A DNA stretch of 64,000 nucleotides from the human T2T-CHM13v2.0 reference genome, Homo sapiens: positions 3,264,001 to 3,328,000 of the forward strand of contig CP086569.2 of NCBI GenBank assembly GCA_009914755.4, given 5' to 3'. The notes under the pieces were generated by a model. The model was not told where the DNA came from and did no database searches. It saw only the letters and a program-made list of their open reading frames with translations. This document shows positions 1 through 18,771 of this stretch, piece by piece. Made by a program: the position numbers and the translations under genes. Each line of letters starts with the position of its first letter. The first letter of the stretch is position 1.

Positions 1-2479
1 GTGTGTGTATTAGAGACAGAAAATCCAATAATCCAACAAGAAAAGCTTTACTTCCAAGTCAATGTAGTGTGTTAGCAGAATCTTCACTATGAAAGGAGAA
101 TCACAGTTGATAAGGTGACCATGATGTTTTTACACACTATGGGTATTTCATAAAGATCTCAGAGAATAATTTGATCTTTAATAAACAAAATAATAATTCA
201 AGAGACTCTAAAAGCAGCTGTTATGAACGTGCATGAATATTACAATATAATACCAAAGTTATTTTTCCCGAATAAGTATTTTATGATTTTGAAAGTACCT
301 GAAAAAATCAGGATTTTATTTGGTCAGGTGACCAACTTCCAGGATAAAAGAAACTAAGGAAGTTAACTTAAGGTGTTAATTATAACATAGGATAATTATG
401 AAGACATTCAGTAAACCACTATATAAGATAATTATGGAAAATTGTATAGCTTTCCAAGAAAATTCCTATAAATTTTAATTGTTTATAAATAAATGCCTAT
501 GATAAGTCTTGCCTATACTTCTGACTTAATTATAATAATCTCTAGAGTGAGATATGATTCATCTTTCCCTGACATTCCAACATTTTTGTAAGTGGAATTC
601 ATGATTGTGCAGCTAATAAAATAGACAGTTTATAAAACTTAGCTGCTTTCAATTAACAAAGCTAAGACTCTTCCCCCCACTGTCCATCAAAGATAATACT
701 ATTTCACTTTTTTCTTAGTTATTTGAGATGGCAATCAAAAATGATATTTTTGGCATGAAATGAACATATCATGATCCTTCAGTTATAATAACAGATTCGT
801 TGTTAGAGTTAGCTTTTGTGAAATCTACCCTGTGTGTTTGAATGTGGAACATCTGCAACATTGAATATATCACCTCTCACAGCAGTTCCTCAGACAGGAA
901 ATTATATCCCTCAGTGGGATGGTACAAAGGTAATTCTGTTGCCGTATATTGTGCCAAAGAGCTCCTTCTGTGACAGGTTAGATTATCAGTGATATGTGTC
1001 TGTCATGCCCATTTTCTTCTTTGTCTGAAGGAATCTCATACCGACAAAGTTTGTGGTATTCCAAGATAAAGCTTTGCCAAAGCTAGAAATTCCAACATAC
1101 ATAAATACTATTTCAAGTTAGAGGAGGGTCCCATTGCAATCCTTAGAAAAACCCAGATTTTACACGTGTACCCTAATCATTATAGCCAGCTTATGCTGGG
1201 ATTTAGAATGAAACATATTTTTAAGCCTAAATTCTCAAAAGAAAGAAACATTTTTAAAGTATGTTAGGCAACAGATGTATTGGGAATTTATTCTTTTTTA
1301 CTTGCATTTTAAAACTCTCTATATATTTTAAATTATACTTATTTTGCTGTGAACTAATTGTTGGAGAACAGTAATAACCAAATAACGATTTCATTGACAT
1401 CAACCACTGGAGATGTGCTTATAAATAATAATGCCACCGAAGCATACGACAGAAGCCCTTTTCATGCCTTATTGCTTTAGTAGGTTAAATAAACGAATGT
1501 AATAATAGAAACTTCCATATATTCTGGAGGAAGCCAACATATCAAACATTTATCATAGGAATGAGAAGTAGTGAGAAAGGGCATCTCTAAATGCATCCAA
1601 ATGAATAAAAAACATTTTTGAATGGCAATTTCAGTTCACAAAAATTAGTTTCTGAACCCTGCCAAGCAACTAAGTTCTAGACCTAACTGTCTCCTTGCCA
1701 ACTGTAGTAACCCAAAGTTTCACAAGGTCTTCAGAGAAATTATTGACCTGAATTCTTAAGAGTACAAGAAATGAATAGGATTTAACTTATAACTTTTGGG
1801 GTATTTTAAAATGACATTGTTTCTGCCTAATAACTAACCACTTGCATATTATTAATATACCAGCACCATCAACCTGGTATTTTTATGTTGCTGAAGGATT
1901 TTCCAACCTTGGTACTAGCTAAACTGAACAATACTACTGTTCAATGTAACAATTATTTCTAATTATGTAATAAACAATAACAACAAAAAACTTGGACATA
2001 ATGTTTCTCCCTTATGTCACTAATCCAAAAATGAAAATAAATAAAATAAATAGCATAGGGATCTTGTTATAGTTATTGTAACATAGTCTTTTTATTGTAT
2101 ATATCAAAACAAGATGTTATAATAAAACTGTGTTTCTGATATCGGATCATTGAAAATTTTGACATGTATGAACTTCTCCAATCAAAAAGCAATTTTAATA
2201 TATACCCAGTTGAATAATATAATCAATTCAATCTAATGCAATTTGTATATACTTATTGTATACTCCAATTTTTTTTATTATACTTTAAGTTGTGGGTTAC
2301 ATGTGTAGAACATGCAGTTTTGTTACATAGGTATACACGTGCCCTGGTGGTTTGCTGCACCCATCAACCCGTCACCTACATTAGGTATTTCTCCTAATGT
2401 TATCCTTCCCCTAACCCCCCACCCCGCAACAGGCCCCGGTTTGTGATGTTCCCCTCCCTGTGTCCATGTGTTCTCATTG

Positions 2480-6625
<4,146 letters not shown>

Positions 6626-6684
6626 ATGCTAGCTGGTTGTTTTGACCATTAGTTAATGCAGTTTCTTCATAGTGTCAATGTTCT

Positions 6685-7699
6685 TTACAATTTGGTATGT
6701 TTTTGCAGTGGCTGGTACCAGTTGTTCCTTTCCATGTTTAGTGCTTCTTTCAGGAGCTCTTGTAAGGCAGTTCTAGTGGTTGCAAAATCCCTCAGCATTT
6801 GCTTGTCTGTAAAGGATTTTATTTCTCCTTTGCTTATGAAGCTTACTTTGCCTGTATATGAAATTCTGGTTTGAAAATTATTTGCTTTAAGAATGTTGAA
6901 TATTGGCCCCCACACTCTTCCGGCTTGTAGGGTTTCTGCAGAGAGATCTACTGTTAGTGTGATGGGCTTCCCTTTGTGGGTAACCAGACCTTTCTCTCTG
7001 GTTGCCCTTAACATTTTCTCCTTCATTTCAACCTTGGTGAATCTGATGATTATGGGCTTTGGGTTGCTTTCTCAAGGATTATCTTTGTGGTGTTCTCTGT
7101 ATTTCTTGAATTTGAATGTTGGCCTGTCTTGCTAGGTTGGGGAAGTTCTCCCGGATAATACCCTGAAGAGTGTTTTCCAACTTGGTTCCATTCTCCCTGT
7201 CACTTTCAGGTACACCAATCAAACGTAGGTTTGTTCTTTTCACATATTTCTTGGAGGTTTTGTTCATTCCTTTTTATTCTTTTTTCTCTAATCTTGTCTT
7301 CATGCTTTATTTCATTAAGCTGACCTTCAATCACTGATATCCTTTCTTCTGCTTGATTGACTCGGCTGTTGATACTTGTGTATTCTTCACAAAGTTTTCG
7401 TGCTGTATTTTTCAGCTGCATCAGGTCATTTATGTTCTTCTCTACATTGGTTATTCTACTTAGCAATTTGACTAACCTTTTTCAAGATTCTTAGCTTCCT
7501 TGCATTGGGATAGAACATGCTCCTTTAGCTCGGAGTTGTTTGTTATTACCCACCTTCTGAAGCCTACTTCTGTCAGTTCATCAAACTCATTCTCTGTCCA
7601 GTTTTGTTCCCTTGCTGGAGATGAGTTGTGATCCTTTGGAGGAGGAGAGGCATTCTGGTTTTTGGAATTTTCAGCCTTTTTGCACTGGCTTTTCCCCAT
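6685..7699 (-). pseudogene. L1 ORF1 remnant
   Basis: Minus-strand ORFs at 6685-7026, 7079-7267, 7206-7466 and 7472-7699 match L1 ORF1p coiled-coil, RRM and C-terminal regions. They are broken into four pieces. Confidence 0.9.
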
Positions 7700-8959
7700 C
7701 TTTGTGGATTTATCTACCTTTGGTCTTTGATGTTGGTGACCTTTGGATGGGGTCTTTGAGTGGACGTGCTAATCCTTTCTGTTTGTTTCTTTTCCTTCTA
7801 ACATTCAGGCCCCTCTGCTGCCAGTCTGCTGGAGTTTGCCGGCGGTCCACTCCCAACCCTGTTTGCCTGGGTATCACCAGTGGAGGCTGCAGAGCAGCAA
7901 AGATTGCTACCTGTTCTTTCCTCTGGAAGTTTCGACCCAGTGGGGCACCTGCCAGATGCCAACCAGAGCCCTCCTGTATGAGGTATCTGTCGGCCCCAAC
8001 TGGGAGGTGTCTCCCAGTCAGTATACACAGGGGTCAGGGACCCACTTGAGGAGACAGACTGACCCTCAGCAGAGCTCGAACGCTCTGCTGGGAGGTCTGC
8101 TGCTCTCTTCAGAGCCATCAGGCAGGGATGTTTAAGTCTGCCATAAGCCCCTGACTGGGGCTGCTGCCTTTTTTACAGAGATGTCCTGTCCATAGAGGAG
8201 CAATCTGACAGTCTAGCCACAGCATCCTTGCTGAGCTGCAGTGGGCTCTGCCCAGTTTGAACTTCCCGGCAGCTTTGTTTACACTGTGGCCCTAAAACTG
8301 CCTACTCAAGCCTCAGCAATGGCAGACGCCCCTTCCCCCACCAAGCTCGACCATCCCATGTGGATCTCAGATTGCTGCTGTGCTGGCAGCCAGAATTTCA
8401 AGCCAGTGGATCTTAGTTTCCTGGGCTCCATGGGGGTGGGACCTGCTGAACCAGACCAGTTGGATCCCTGGCTTCAGCCCCCCTTTCCAGGGGAGGAAAG
8501 GTTCTGTCTCACTGGCATTCCAGGCGCCACTGTGGCATGGGAAAAACAAAACAAAACAAAACAAAACAACTCCTGCAGCTAGTTCGTTGTCTGCCCAATT
8601 GGCCACCCAGTGATGTGCTTGAAACCCAGGGCCCGGGTGGAGTAGTCACCAGAGGGAATCTCTTGGTTTGCAGGTTGTGAAGACCGTGATACAAGTGCAG
8701 TATCTGTGCCGGAGTTCCTCAGGCTCAGACCTTGACGGCTTCCCCTGGGTAGCGGGGGGAATTCCCCGAACCCTTGTGCTTCCCAGGTGAGGCAATGCCC
8801 CACCCTGCTTCGGCTCGCTTTCCATGGGCTGCACCCACTGTCCAACCAGGCCCAGTGAGATAAACTGGGTACCTCAGTTGGAAATGCAGAAATCACCTGC
8901 CTTCTGCATCAGTCTCACTGGGAGCTGCAGACCAGTGCTGTTCCTATTTGGCCATATTG
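7700..8959 (-). promoter_or_regulatory. L1 5'UTR (internal sense and antisense promoter region) of the L1PA element, about 1.26 kb
   Basis: Lies upstream of the ORF1 start on the minus strand. The terminal sequence matches the L1 5'UTR start. Contains a short (CAAAA)n run at about 8529-8562. The length is typical of older L1PA subfamilies. Confidence 0.75.
8529..8562. repeat. (CAAAA)n short microsatellite within the L1 5'UTR
   Basis: gggaaaaacaaaacaaaacaaaacaaaacaact. Confidence 0.8.
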
Positions 8960-8992
8960 AATGTCTGTTTACTCCATTGTTAAATCAAGAAT

Positions 8993-9190
8993 GGCCAAAC
9001 CCCATGTCTACAAAAAAAAAAAAAAAAAAATCAGCCAGGTGTCATGGCACATGCCTATAGTCCCAGCTACTCAGGAGGCTGAGGTGAGAGGATAGCTTGA
9101 GCCTGGGAGGTTGAGGCTACAGTGAACAACATTGCACCACTGCACTCCAGGCTGGGTGACAGTGCAAGAGCAAGACTCTGTCTCAAAAAA
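8993..9190 (+). mobile_element. Partial Alu (right-arm / free-right-monomer-like) abutting the L1 5' end
   Basis: ggccaaaccccatgtctacaaaaa...agccaggtgtcatggcacatgcctatagtcccagctactcaggaggctgagg...gtctcaaaaaaag matches Alu consensus positions about 135-290 plus an A-rich tail. Confidence 0.8.
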
Positions 9191-9544
9191 AGAAAAGACT
9201 AATGAATCCATTGTAGACTATTTTAATGCAACTATTAATACTTAATTAAAAATGAAAATGTATAAAAAAAAGTAAAACTAAACAAGATCCTGGAAAAAAA
9301 GACATAAATCAGAAATATTACATACAAACCTGAGTGTGTGATCTTCCTAGCTTGTAGATAATACACTACATGATTTTGGGAGCAAAAACATTAATAATTA
9401 TCTCACTCTTTGAAGCCAAGGAATACCTACTATTAAATTATTTGAACAGTCACACACACATGTGTCTGGAAACTGATATTGACTTCAAAGGTGGAATTTA
9501 ACAGTCTTCATAGGGACCTCGTCAATTCTTTCACATAAAACCAA

Positions 9545-9990
9545 GTTATTTATTTCCAAGATACAATGGTGGTACAAGCATTGAGTAAACTTTCCCATTC
9601 CAAAAGGGATAAATCATACAAATGAAAAGGACAACAAGCCCCATGCAAGTCTGAAACCCCTGCAGGGCAGTCATTAAATCTTAAAGCTCCAGAATAATCC
9701 TTGACTCCATGGCCGCATCCAGGGCACACTAGTGCAAGGGGTGGGCTCCCTAGGCCTTGGGTAGTTCTGCCTCTGCGGCTTTGCAGGGTGACCCTGTAGC
9801 TGCTTTCATGAATTGGAGTTAAATGTCTGTGTCCCTTCCAGGCTGGGATTGCAAACTGCCAGTGGTTCTGCCAGATTCTTGGGTCTAGAGGGTGATGTTC
9901 CCATTCCCACAGCTCCACTAGGCAGTGCCCCAGTGGGGACTCTGTGCAGGGGCACTCTGGTCATTCGGGGTGCCTCTTCCAAATTATTAT
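9545..9990 (-). mobile_element. MaLR (THE1/MST-type) internal-region fragment
   Basis: About 75% similar to 21240-21430 of this window (ccaagatacaatgg...ccccatgcaag...tcattaaat.ttaaagct). That segment lies directly beside a MaLR LTR. Confidence 0.5.
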
Positions 9991-12608
9991 GACAAAAAAG
10001 AAAGTTTGTTTTTAAATTAAAGTTTTTGCCATCTGCACTATTTCTCCAATGCACAACTTTATGACCAGAGCATTCCCTCAGGGCAAAGTCATGAGAGAAA
10101 AAGGACCAAACAACAACCAAAAACCAAAACAAGCAATCTTTGCCATCCATAATATTCTAGCTTGCTTTCTTTTTCTGTGTTTTTCGATGCAGAAATGAAG
10201 TGCATTTTACTTTTTTTGTTTGATTTACAAGACTAGAGAGGAATATATAACTGCTATTTAAGAGTCTGGGCTCTGAAATTAGGCTATCTGGATTTTAAAT
10301 TTCAAAAACTATATTGTGGCACTTACCAATGTCTCAAAATAAATGAGTCATTATTTTTCTGTCTGTGTAAACATCTAAAGAAGGTGTTTCTTTTTCTAAC
10401 AGTAGAAACCCAGTGACTTCATTTCAGTCTTCGGTATTTACTTTTTGTAATTTGTCCAGGATTTATAATTATAAACAGCAAAAAAGATAGGCTATAGTGG
10501 GCTTATTCTGCTATAGCATAATTGGAATTTATTAATTTTTATAAATTTTACTTACCTCCCTTTATGCTAATCACCCCATGTAAAGCCCAGATAATACTAG
10601 AGTTGAGTTTGGTAGAATTAGCCTTTCTTCAGTCAACACATATGTTCAAAGGAATTACATCAAAGATAACCAAACAGAGTCCTTGCCTTCAAAGTTTTAA
10701 TTCAAATTGCATTTATCTCAATGGGATAAACTGTGTGGGAAAATACAGCGTCTTGAATTTAAAAAAAAAAACACAGAGAATACAATTGAGGGCTAGATGT
10801 TTACTATTTTTCATCACTTAACTTTGAGTGGCAATAGAGCATTTCAGTAATTGTACCTCTATCCCTACAAGGAACCCGTCCCTGAAATGATTATCCCTAT
10901 GGAAACAAGAAATAGCAATTAGATTTAACCATATTGCTGGGAGTTATCAGATCATCCATTAAGTCAGAGGAGACCAAGAGGGATAGAAGCAGTTATATAG
11001 TTACATTTTGTGAAAACTATGTCCAACTTTCTAGTTCTGTAAACACATACTCTGCAAACTTTGTTGAAGCAGCATCCCATGCATTTTTGAGAAAGTGCTA
11101 CCAATAAAAGCATCCAGATTTATCCCTAAATTTTACACAGGCATATTTATATCCTATACACATTATGAAGTGAACACAAGTAAAAATTATAGTTAGATAA
11201 ATGGCAAGCACAAGCCGTTTCAAAATTTTCCCACACCCCAGTGCAGTTTTTGGGGGTATCCCATGGTGTTCACACATCTGAATTTTGAAATAATTACTAT
11301 AAATGTAATATATTCTATGAAAAGAGAAAACTATATCAACAAAAATTTCTGTAAACCATACACGGTTTAATGAAAGATGATGATGATGGCGTGCGTGTCT
11401 ATGAGTGTGTTTCTAGTTTTATTAAACCAATGAATACAATTTTATTTCTTACATAAATTCTTAGCCATTGTAGGTTATAAAATATATATTTCGTTAAAGC
11501 ATAGAAAGTCGGTTCTTGCTATTTATCTGTCTCACTGTGTCCTGACAAATATCTCCCTGGACTGGTTCCTTAAAGTTGAAGTCCTACTGAATATTTTTTT
11601 TTTAAAGTATAAAAATTTTTTTGAGCTCAAAGGCTTCAGGAAAGTTTTCAACAAACTAGCATCAGAAAACATCTTACTCAACATCAGAAAAAAATTTATA
11701 TTCTAACTCTGACTTTCTTGAGCTTACTAGACAGTTCATTGTTTTTGACATTATTTGACATCTGTTTCAATATTTAGATGAAAGTAGAAAAGTACTTTTA
11801 GAATACCATCCCTGAGAAGGCAACTGGACATATTTTATGCAAGTATTTCTAAAATACACAGAGATAATATTTTGAATTAAGCCTTCAAATGTAAGATGAT
11901 TTAATTCAATTTGTTTATTTTCAAATTCTCAGAGGAAAAAAATGCCTTTAAAAATAATTTTTTGTAACGTATTTTTTTTTGTCCTTAGTATATGCTTTAA
12001 AATATACAGATTCCCTTGGATTTCTAAAATTTAATTCTGTTAATATTTCAGTTTTAAAACACAAAGAGGTAAACAAATGAATGCTTGCCTAACCAGAATT
12101 TAAATATTTTTGGAATCTGTTGACTTATTAAATATCTCATTGAGTTTTGCTATAAAAAATAAACAGCTTAATTTTTTATCATTTGAATATCATGATTTTT
12201 ACAAGATTATTCTCTTGCTGGAGAATAACATTCCTTTGCGATGTGCTTTTCAGATAGATGGTATCATTCTTATGTAGGGGTTAAGTGAAGATATTAAGGG
12301 TGGAAACAATTCCGCCAATGGATGTACATGTCTTAGAAGACTTCTTGCTCATTATAGCTTTGATCATAATACTGAGCTTAACACACAAACACATACACAC
12401 ACATAGCCTCTATCTCAAACCCTTGTTTTAAGTCATTTTCATGTAATTCCCTTTGTTCTTTGCACATATAAGGAAATATATTTAAAAGCCAAGTATTGAA
12501 CACCTTGTCTTCTGACCCCACCATCTGACAAACCCTAATGTTTAAAAGCTGAAACATTTAATCAGTTATCATTTATGACACCACTACATCTTTGTTCCCT
12601 AATGTTCT

Positions 12609-12776
12609 TTATATATATGTGTGTGTGTGTATATATCTATATGTGTATATATATGTGTGTATATATGTGTATGTGTGTATATATGTGTATATATGTATAT
12701 ATGTGTATATATATGTGTGTATATATGTGTATATATATATGTGTGTATATATATGTGTGTATATATATGTATATAT
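12609..12776. repeat. Compound (TG)n/(TA)n microsatellite
   Basis: An uninterrupted tatatgtgtgtgtgtatatat... dinucleotide mosaic of about 165 bp. Confidence 0.95.
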
Positions 12777-13380
12777 TGCTATTAGTAAAAAGAGAATACG
12801 AGAATGAAGTTAGGAAAATGCTTTTGCCTAATATAAAAGCTTGGATAAACTGATGTCCTGGAGTAACATTCTGAAGTTCCATAAGATGATCTGGGATATT
12901 TATTGGAGTACAAAATTTCACAATCATATGGTTTTTTCTTGGATTGCTGGAAGCTTAGTTTATTATTAATTTTTTGTAATAAAAAAGATTAATTCTGTAG
13001 ACATTTTCCTGGGAAGACAATCTAGTTTCCAGTATGTGTCACTGAAATAATAATTTAGGTTCAGTTATACAGCAGAAGATTTTGTGGAGAAGAAAAATTT
13101 TTAAGTAAAGCAGCATAAAGAACAATTAATTTTATGATATATGATTAAAAAATATTTCTTGATGATCACTTATTGATATACAATAATGGCTCTCCTCAAA
13201 CTTAATTATTCTCACAAAGTATCCATGGAATAACATTTAATAAAGATAGTATCTTGCTCTTCTGACAGTTTCTTACACTTTCATGTGTTTGAGGGAAGGT
13301 CTAATTGTAAGTTTGAAGAAACTATCTTGGGATACATTTCTGCTTTATGATTTGCTACTACTGATATTTTTATATAAATG

Positions 13381-13419
13381 TGTGTGTGTATCTATCTATC
13401 TATATATCTATATATATAA
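13381..13419. repeat. (TCTA)n/(TA)n short microsatellite
   Basis: gtgtgtgtatctatctatctatatatctatatatata. Confidence 0.9.
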
Positions 13420-14150
13420 TACGGGAGGGGGCCAAGAAATTGTTGGGTAGAGAGGGTGGAGTCCCTGGCCACCCTTGGGCCTGTACCCATGGACCTAAGT
13501 GAGAACAGGCATTCCTGTTTTCATGCTCGAATGTTGCATTTTTCAAGACCACTCTGGCCTGCCACAACCCCCATCCTGTGCCCATATAAACCCGAGACTA
13601 TAGGGGGCACACAACACAAGTGGCTGAATGTCAAGAGGAGCAGAGGAACAGAGCGGCAGAGAGTGGCAGAGAGCAGTAGACAGCAGCAGGGTGTCACAGA
13701 AAAGAAGGAAGGAAGAAGCGTCTGAACATCGAGAGTTCAGCAGAGAACTCCCCGACCCCTCCACCTTCCAGCTCCCCATCCATCTTGCTGAGCTCCACCT
13801 CCAACATTCAATAAAAGCTTGCACTCATCCTTTGAGCCCACGTGTGATTGGATCCTTCTGGGACACGGGGCAAGTGCTCAGGATACAGAAGGCTGTCACA
13901 CTGGCCCTCTGCCCTTGCGATAAGGCAGAGGGTCCATTGAGCTTATTTACCATCAAGCAATCTGCAGATGGCAAAACTGAAAGACCTTTGTAGCACGGGG
14001 GTTGCAGTTACCCACCCCTAGACACTGGCCCCAGCCTCTGCACCTGCCCAACTGCATGCTCCCCTCAGGGGTTTGAGCTGCAAGGCAACCAAACAGGTGA
14101 GCCACACCCCTGTCACATGTCCTGTGAGGGGAAATCAGGGAATTCTCCCA
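13420..14150 (+). mobile_element. Solo ERV LTR of unclassified family, with U3-R-U5 organisation
   Basis: GC-richer block with a TATA box (catataaacccgagac, 13585-13590) and a poly-A signal about 225 bp downstream (caataaaagcttgcactc, 13810-13815). No flanking internal ERV sequence is present. Boundaries are approximate. Confidence 0.5.
13585..13815 (+). promoter_or_regulatory. LTR promoter core: TATAAA at 13585-13590 and AATAAA at 13810-13815
   Basis: Canonical motifs with LTR-typical spacing, seen directly in the sequence. Confidence 0.45.
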
Positions 14151-17100
14151 TTATATATATCAGATGTAGCAGTAGGAGATAAAGTGGCATAAGTTAAACA
14201 TGATGAATACAGGCATGATAAAATAATATATTACATTTCTCCTCATTCCATAACATTATTTCCTATTAGTCTTCTATCATATTTGCAGACATTTTGGACT
14301 ATATTCTCTAAATGTTCTCTATTTTTTTTTGCAAACTATATTAATCATATATTTCCCAAAGTGAAATATGGGTGGAAAAGTTCATTGTGAGCTTCAGCCT
14401 TTATTTTTCAGATATCTGCCAAAAGCCCTTCTTCCTAGAATTTACATTCATACATTTGACATTGGCCAGAACATCTTTTTCAACATGAAAGACTCTTTTC
14501 TTTTTGTTTTCAGAGTACAAAGAGTAAATCCACCTTCTGAGTAAAATTTTATTACTTAATATGTAGAGATTCATTTGTCACATTAAGATTATGTTTTATT
14601 CTTTTAAAATTAAGAATATAACAAATACCAGGATAGTCATATTGTGTGAACAGCAATATATTCTTGTTGTAGAGGTACCCACATGAAAAGGCAATGTTTA
14701 ATTAGAATGTTGCTTTTTTGGGAGCTTCAACTTTGAACAAGACAAGTTAGATCTAAGTGTGATCTAGAAGTGGTTATGTCTACATAGGCATAATTGGTTC
14801 TCACCCTTCTCCCACTTGGATGGATTTAGCAGTTTGACACATACCCAAAGAAGATCCATCTTTCCATTGCATTAACAAGAGCTAGATATTTAAAGAATAT
14901 TTTATGAGGAGAGAGTTTTTAAATAAAAGGTTTATGTCATAAGCAAAGTAGTAAAGATTTACAAAATTCCATTTAAGAAAATCTCTGTTTTTTTTTTTCC
15001 CCAAGGTTACGGTATCTTATTTCTCCTCATCTTTTTTATCCTTCTTGTAGCTTCTAAAATATTAGCTTATATTTCAGAGTAATATTGATCCTTCCTTTAG
15101 CTTGTATACTCAGCAAAACAAAATCCCAGTTATTGCTCCTGCAGTCAGATCTTGTATTATTTCTCAGATTTGCCTCTTGGTGTTTTTAAGTTCATTCAGC
15201 CACAAAGGACTCAAACATGTAATGTCATTAAGTTAAAATTGCCTGATTTATTTATCTACACAACTCTCCTTGCCAACAGGACACACACACAAAAAATCAT
15301 ACTTAGCATCTGCTAATGGTCCCAAATCCTTCTTTGGAACATTTTAATGAACATCAACTGGCATTAGTCTCTGTGCCTTTCTTTTCTTTTTGCTCCCATT
15401 CCTTTAACTGAAATGCACCATTTTAAATGTTTACACAGACAGAAACATAATAGCTAGTATTTACTGTGAGACATTGGTAAGTGCCACAAGATGGTTTTTG
15501 AAATTTATAATCAGATAGTCTAATTTCAGAGCCCAGACTCCTAAATAAATGTTAGACCTTCCTTTCTAATCTTATTGATTAATGTCACAGAAAATCAAGC
15601 TAATTATTCAGGTTAGTAGTGATTTCATGTGCCCTTCATTCTATGTAGTTGAACAAAATATGTTATCATTCTATGTACAGTATTATGTATGCTAATTGTG
15701 TACATGACAGAATATTAATGTTGCAAATTTTGCCCATATATTTCCCTCATATTAACAACTACTATTAGGTAGAGTTTATCCACTTTCACTTTTACATTGC
15801 TAGTGTGTATGAACTAAGAATCAAATGCAATTGTTAGTGCCAATTAAGGAGGGATGTTTTCCCTCAGTCTAACTTTATCATCCTTAGGAATGTGTCTTCT
15901 TCCATATTTTGTGCTTACAATATTTCATGTTTTAGCCTGATGGAATATAGTTTAAGATTAGTTACTTTTCAGAGAGAAAGAGAATATTATTTACAAAAGT
16001 TGTTTTCATCTTTAAATTTATTTCCAGTTCTGGCATTATTTTCTCAGAATACATTTCCAATATATATTTTATGGAAAACACATTTTTAAATAATGGTATC
16101 AGCCTCAACATAATTTTTACAGGACATGTGGCATAAAAGTACAGGAACATGTTCAGTGCAACCTTTGGCTGTGCAGATCTAGGCTCTGAGGGAACAGGGT
16201 GTATGACTCCTCTTTATTATTAGTGCTGATAACATGTAAAAATGATTCTTTCAAATTTGCTTGATAATAATGCTATTTAAATATAACTATCTTGAAAACT
16301 TATGGGAGATAACTGTATACCTTAAGATACCCTTAAACATATTATTTCTCTTGCAAACACTGGTAATTTAGTTTTTCTATTTCAAGTAATGATTTCAATT
16401 AAGGGGAAAGTGAAATACAAAGATTAGAAGTTCATTTGCTCCTTTATAATATTATTCAAGGTGCAACTGAGAACAAAAGTCTAAAACTCTTTTTTTTAAA
16501 ATGCCATCTTGGTTTTATTTAATTCTAAGAATGCAATTTTAAAATGTAACTACATATGGTGAATATGAATATTTTTCAATTAACTTTTTAAAAGAGAGAA
16601 TATTTCACTGAATAACAAGCACATAGTTCTGGCTAATTTATGTAATTGTATGTGTTTGGTTGCCCAATATACAATATATTTGTGTTATTTAGAATAAATT
16701 ACAAATATACAATTCCTATATAGGCAGTTTATAATTTATATAAAGATTTTACATATGAACAGGCATCTAAAAGATATCCACCAAATAATTAATTTATAAA
16801 AAGAATTAAAGTATTAAGCATGAGAAATATAAGGTGTTATACAGTCCTATTATAAAAGCTTACAGTAATCACATATTAGTAGCCCGATTTTTGACAGAAT
16901 TCCCAGGCTTATGATCTCCTTGCATGTCTAGTAGCATAATTTTAAATGCATGAAAGCTTTATTTTAGAGTTAGAAGCTGAAGGAGCTTATTGTAAGGATA
17001 ATAGACTTAGGGAGAATTAAGGGTGCTTAGTTATACTTTGGAACTTGAAGAATCCATAGCTTTGATATACATTAGGATATATGACCCAACTATTATCTTC

Positions 17101-18001
17101 CAGGCATGACATATGTGCTGGAAATAACAGAGTACTAGCAGAATGTGAGAATTGGTAGACATGAAGTATAAACCTGTCCAGTAATTCACTTTCTTGATGA
17201 TGTAAAAAACAGAGTGATTGTGGTTTCCACAGACATGCAGAACTATGATAAGAAAATAAGAAATATTAGAGGAAAATATTATCCTCTAAAAACAAACAAA
17301 CATCATAGAGAGTCTGGGCTTCGGGTCACAGCCTTTAGCCTTAAGACCAGACTTGTATAAAACCTAGAGTTAGGATTGTTAACCATTTTTTATGTGACTG
17401 ACAACCAGCCTCTGAATGTGTTTTGCAATAGCAAAATATCTATCTGCTACTACTATCTGTGAATAATCCCTATGTGTGATTATTTTAATCACCCAAAATT
17501 ACATATAGATAGATGGATAGATATACATATTGTATTACTATATGAAAATAAAAATGCTGTCTTGAATTGCTGATTGGAAAACAAATATGCAGTTATCTCC
17601 ATTAGGAATTTCAGGTTTTTAGCAACTGAAACATATTATTATAAACATGGGTTTCATGAAATTGCTCTTCTTGTGCTTTATGTTTGAATAAAATTGTATC
17701 TCTTAATTTGCTCACCTTTTTCTTTAATAAATGCAATAAATAAATAATATCTGCAGAAACTTACATAATGTAGGTAATAATAGAAGTAAAATAACACAAT
17801 TGAGACTCTCATTTTATGCCTCATAGTAGCCTTATAACCAGAACAAAAGCTTTCTAAAACAACTAGAAATTTCAGTTAACATACAATTAAATGCATAGAT
17901 ACATTTTTAATAAACTGAAGAAAAAATTTTATGGTATAAAAATGAAGAGGATCATGAAACTAGAGCAACAAGAAAGACTCACCCTTTCTGATATCATGTG
18001 C

Positions 18002-18771
<770 letters not shown>

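Noticed and set aside
12609-12776. Regularly repeating short units, checked as a possible CRISPR-like array
   Set aside because: It is a pure TG/TA dinucleotide microsatellite with no spacers. The surrounding context is eukaryotic.
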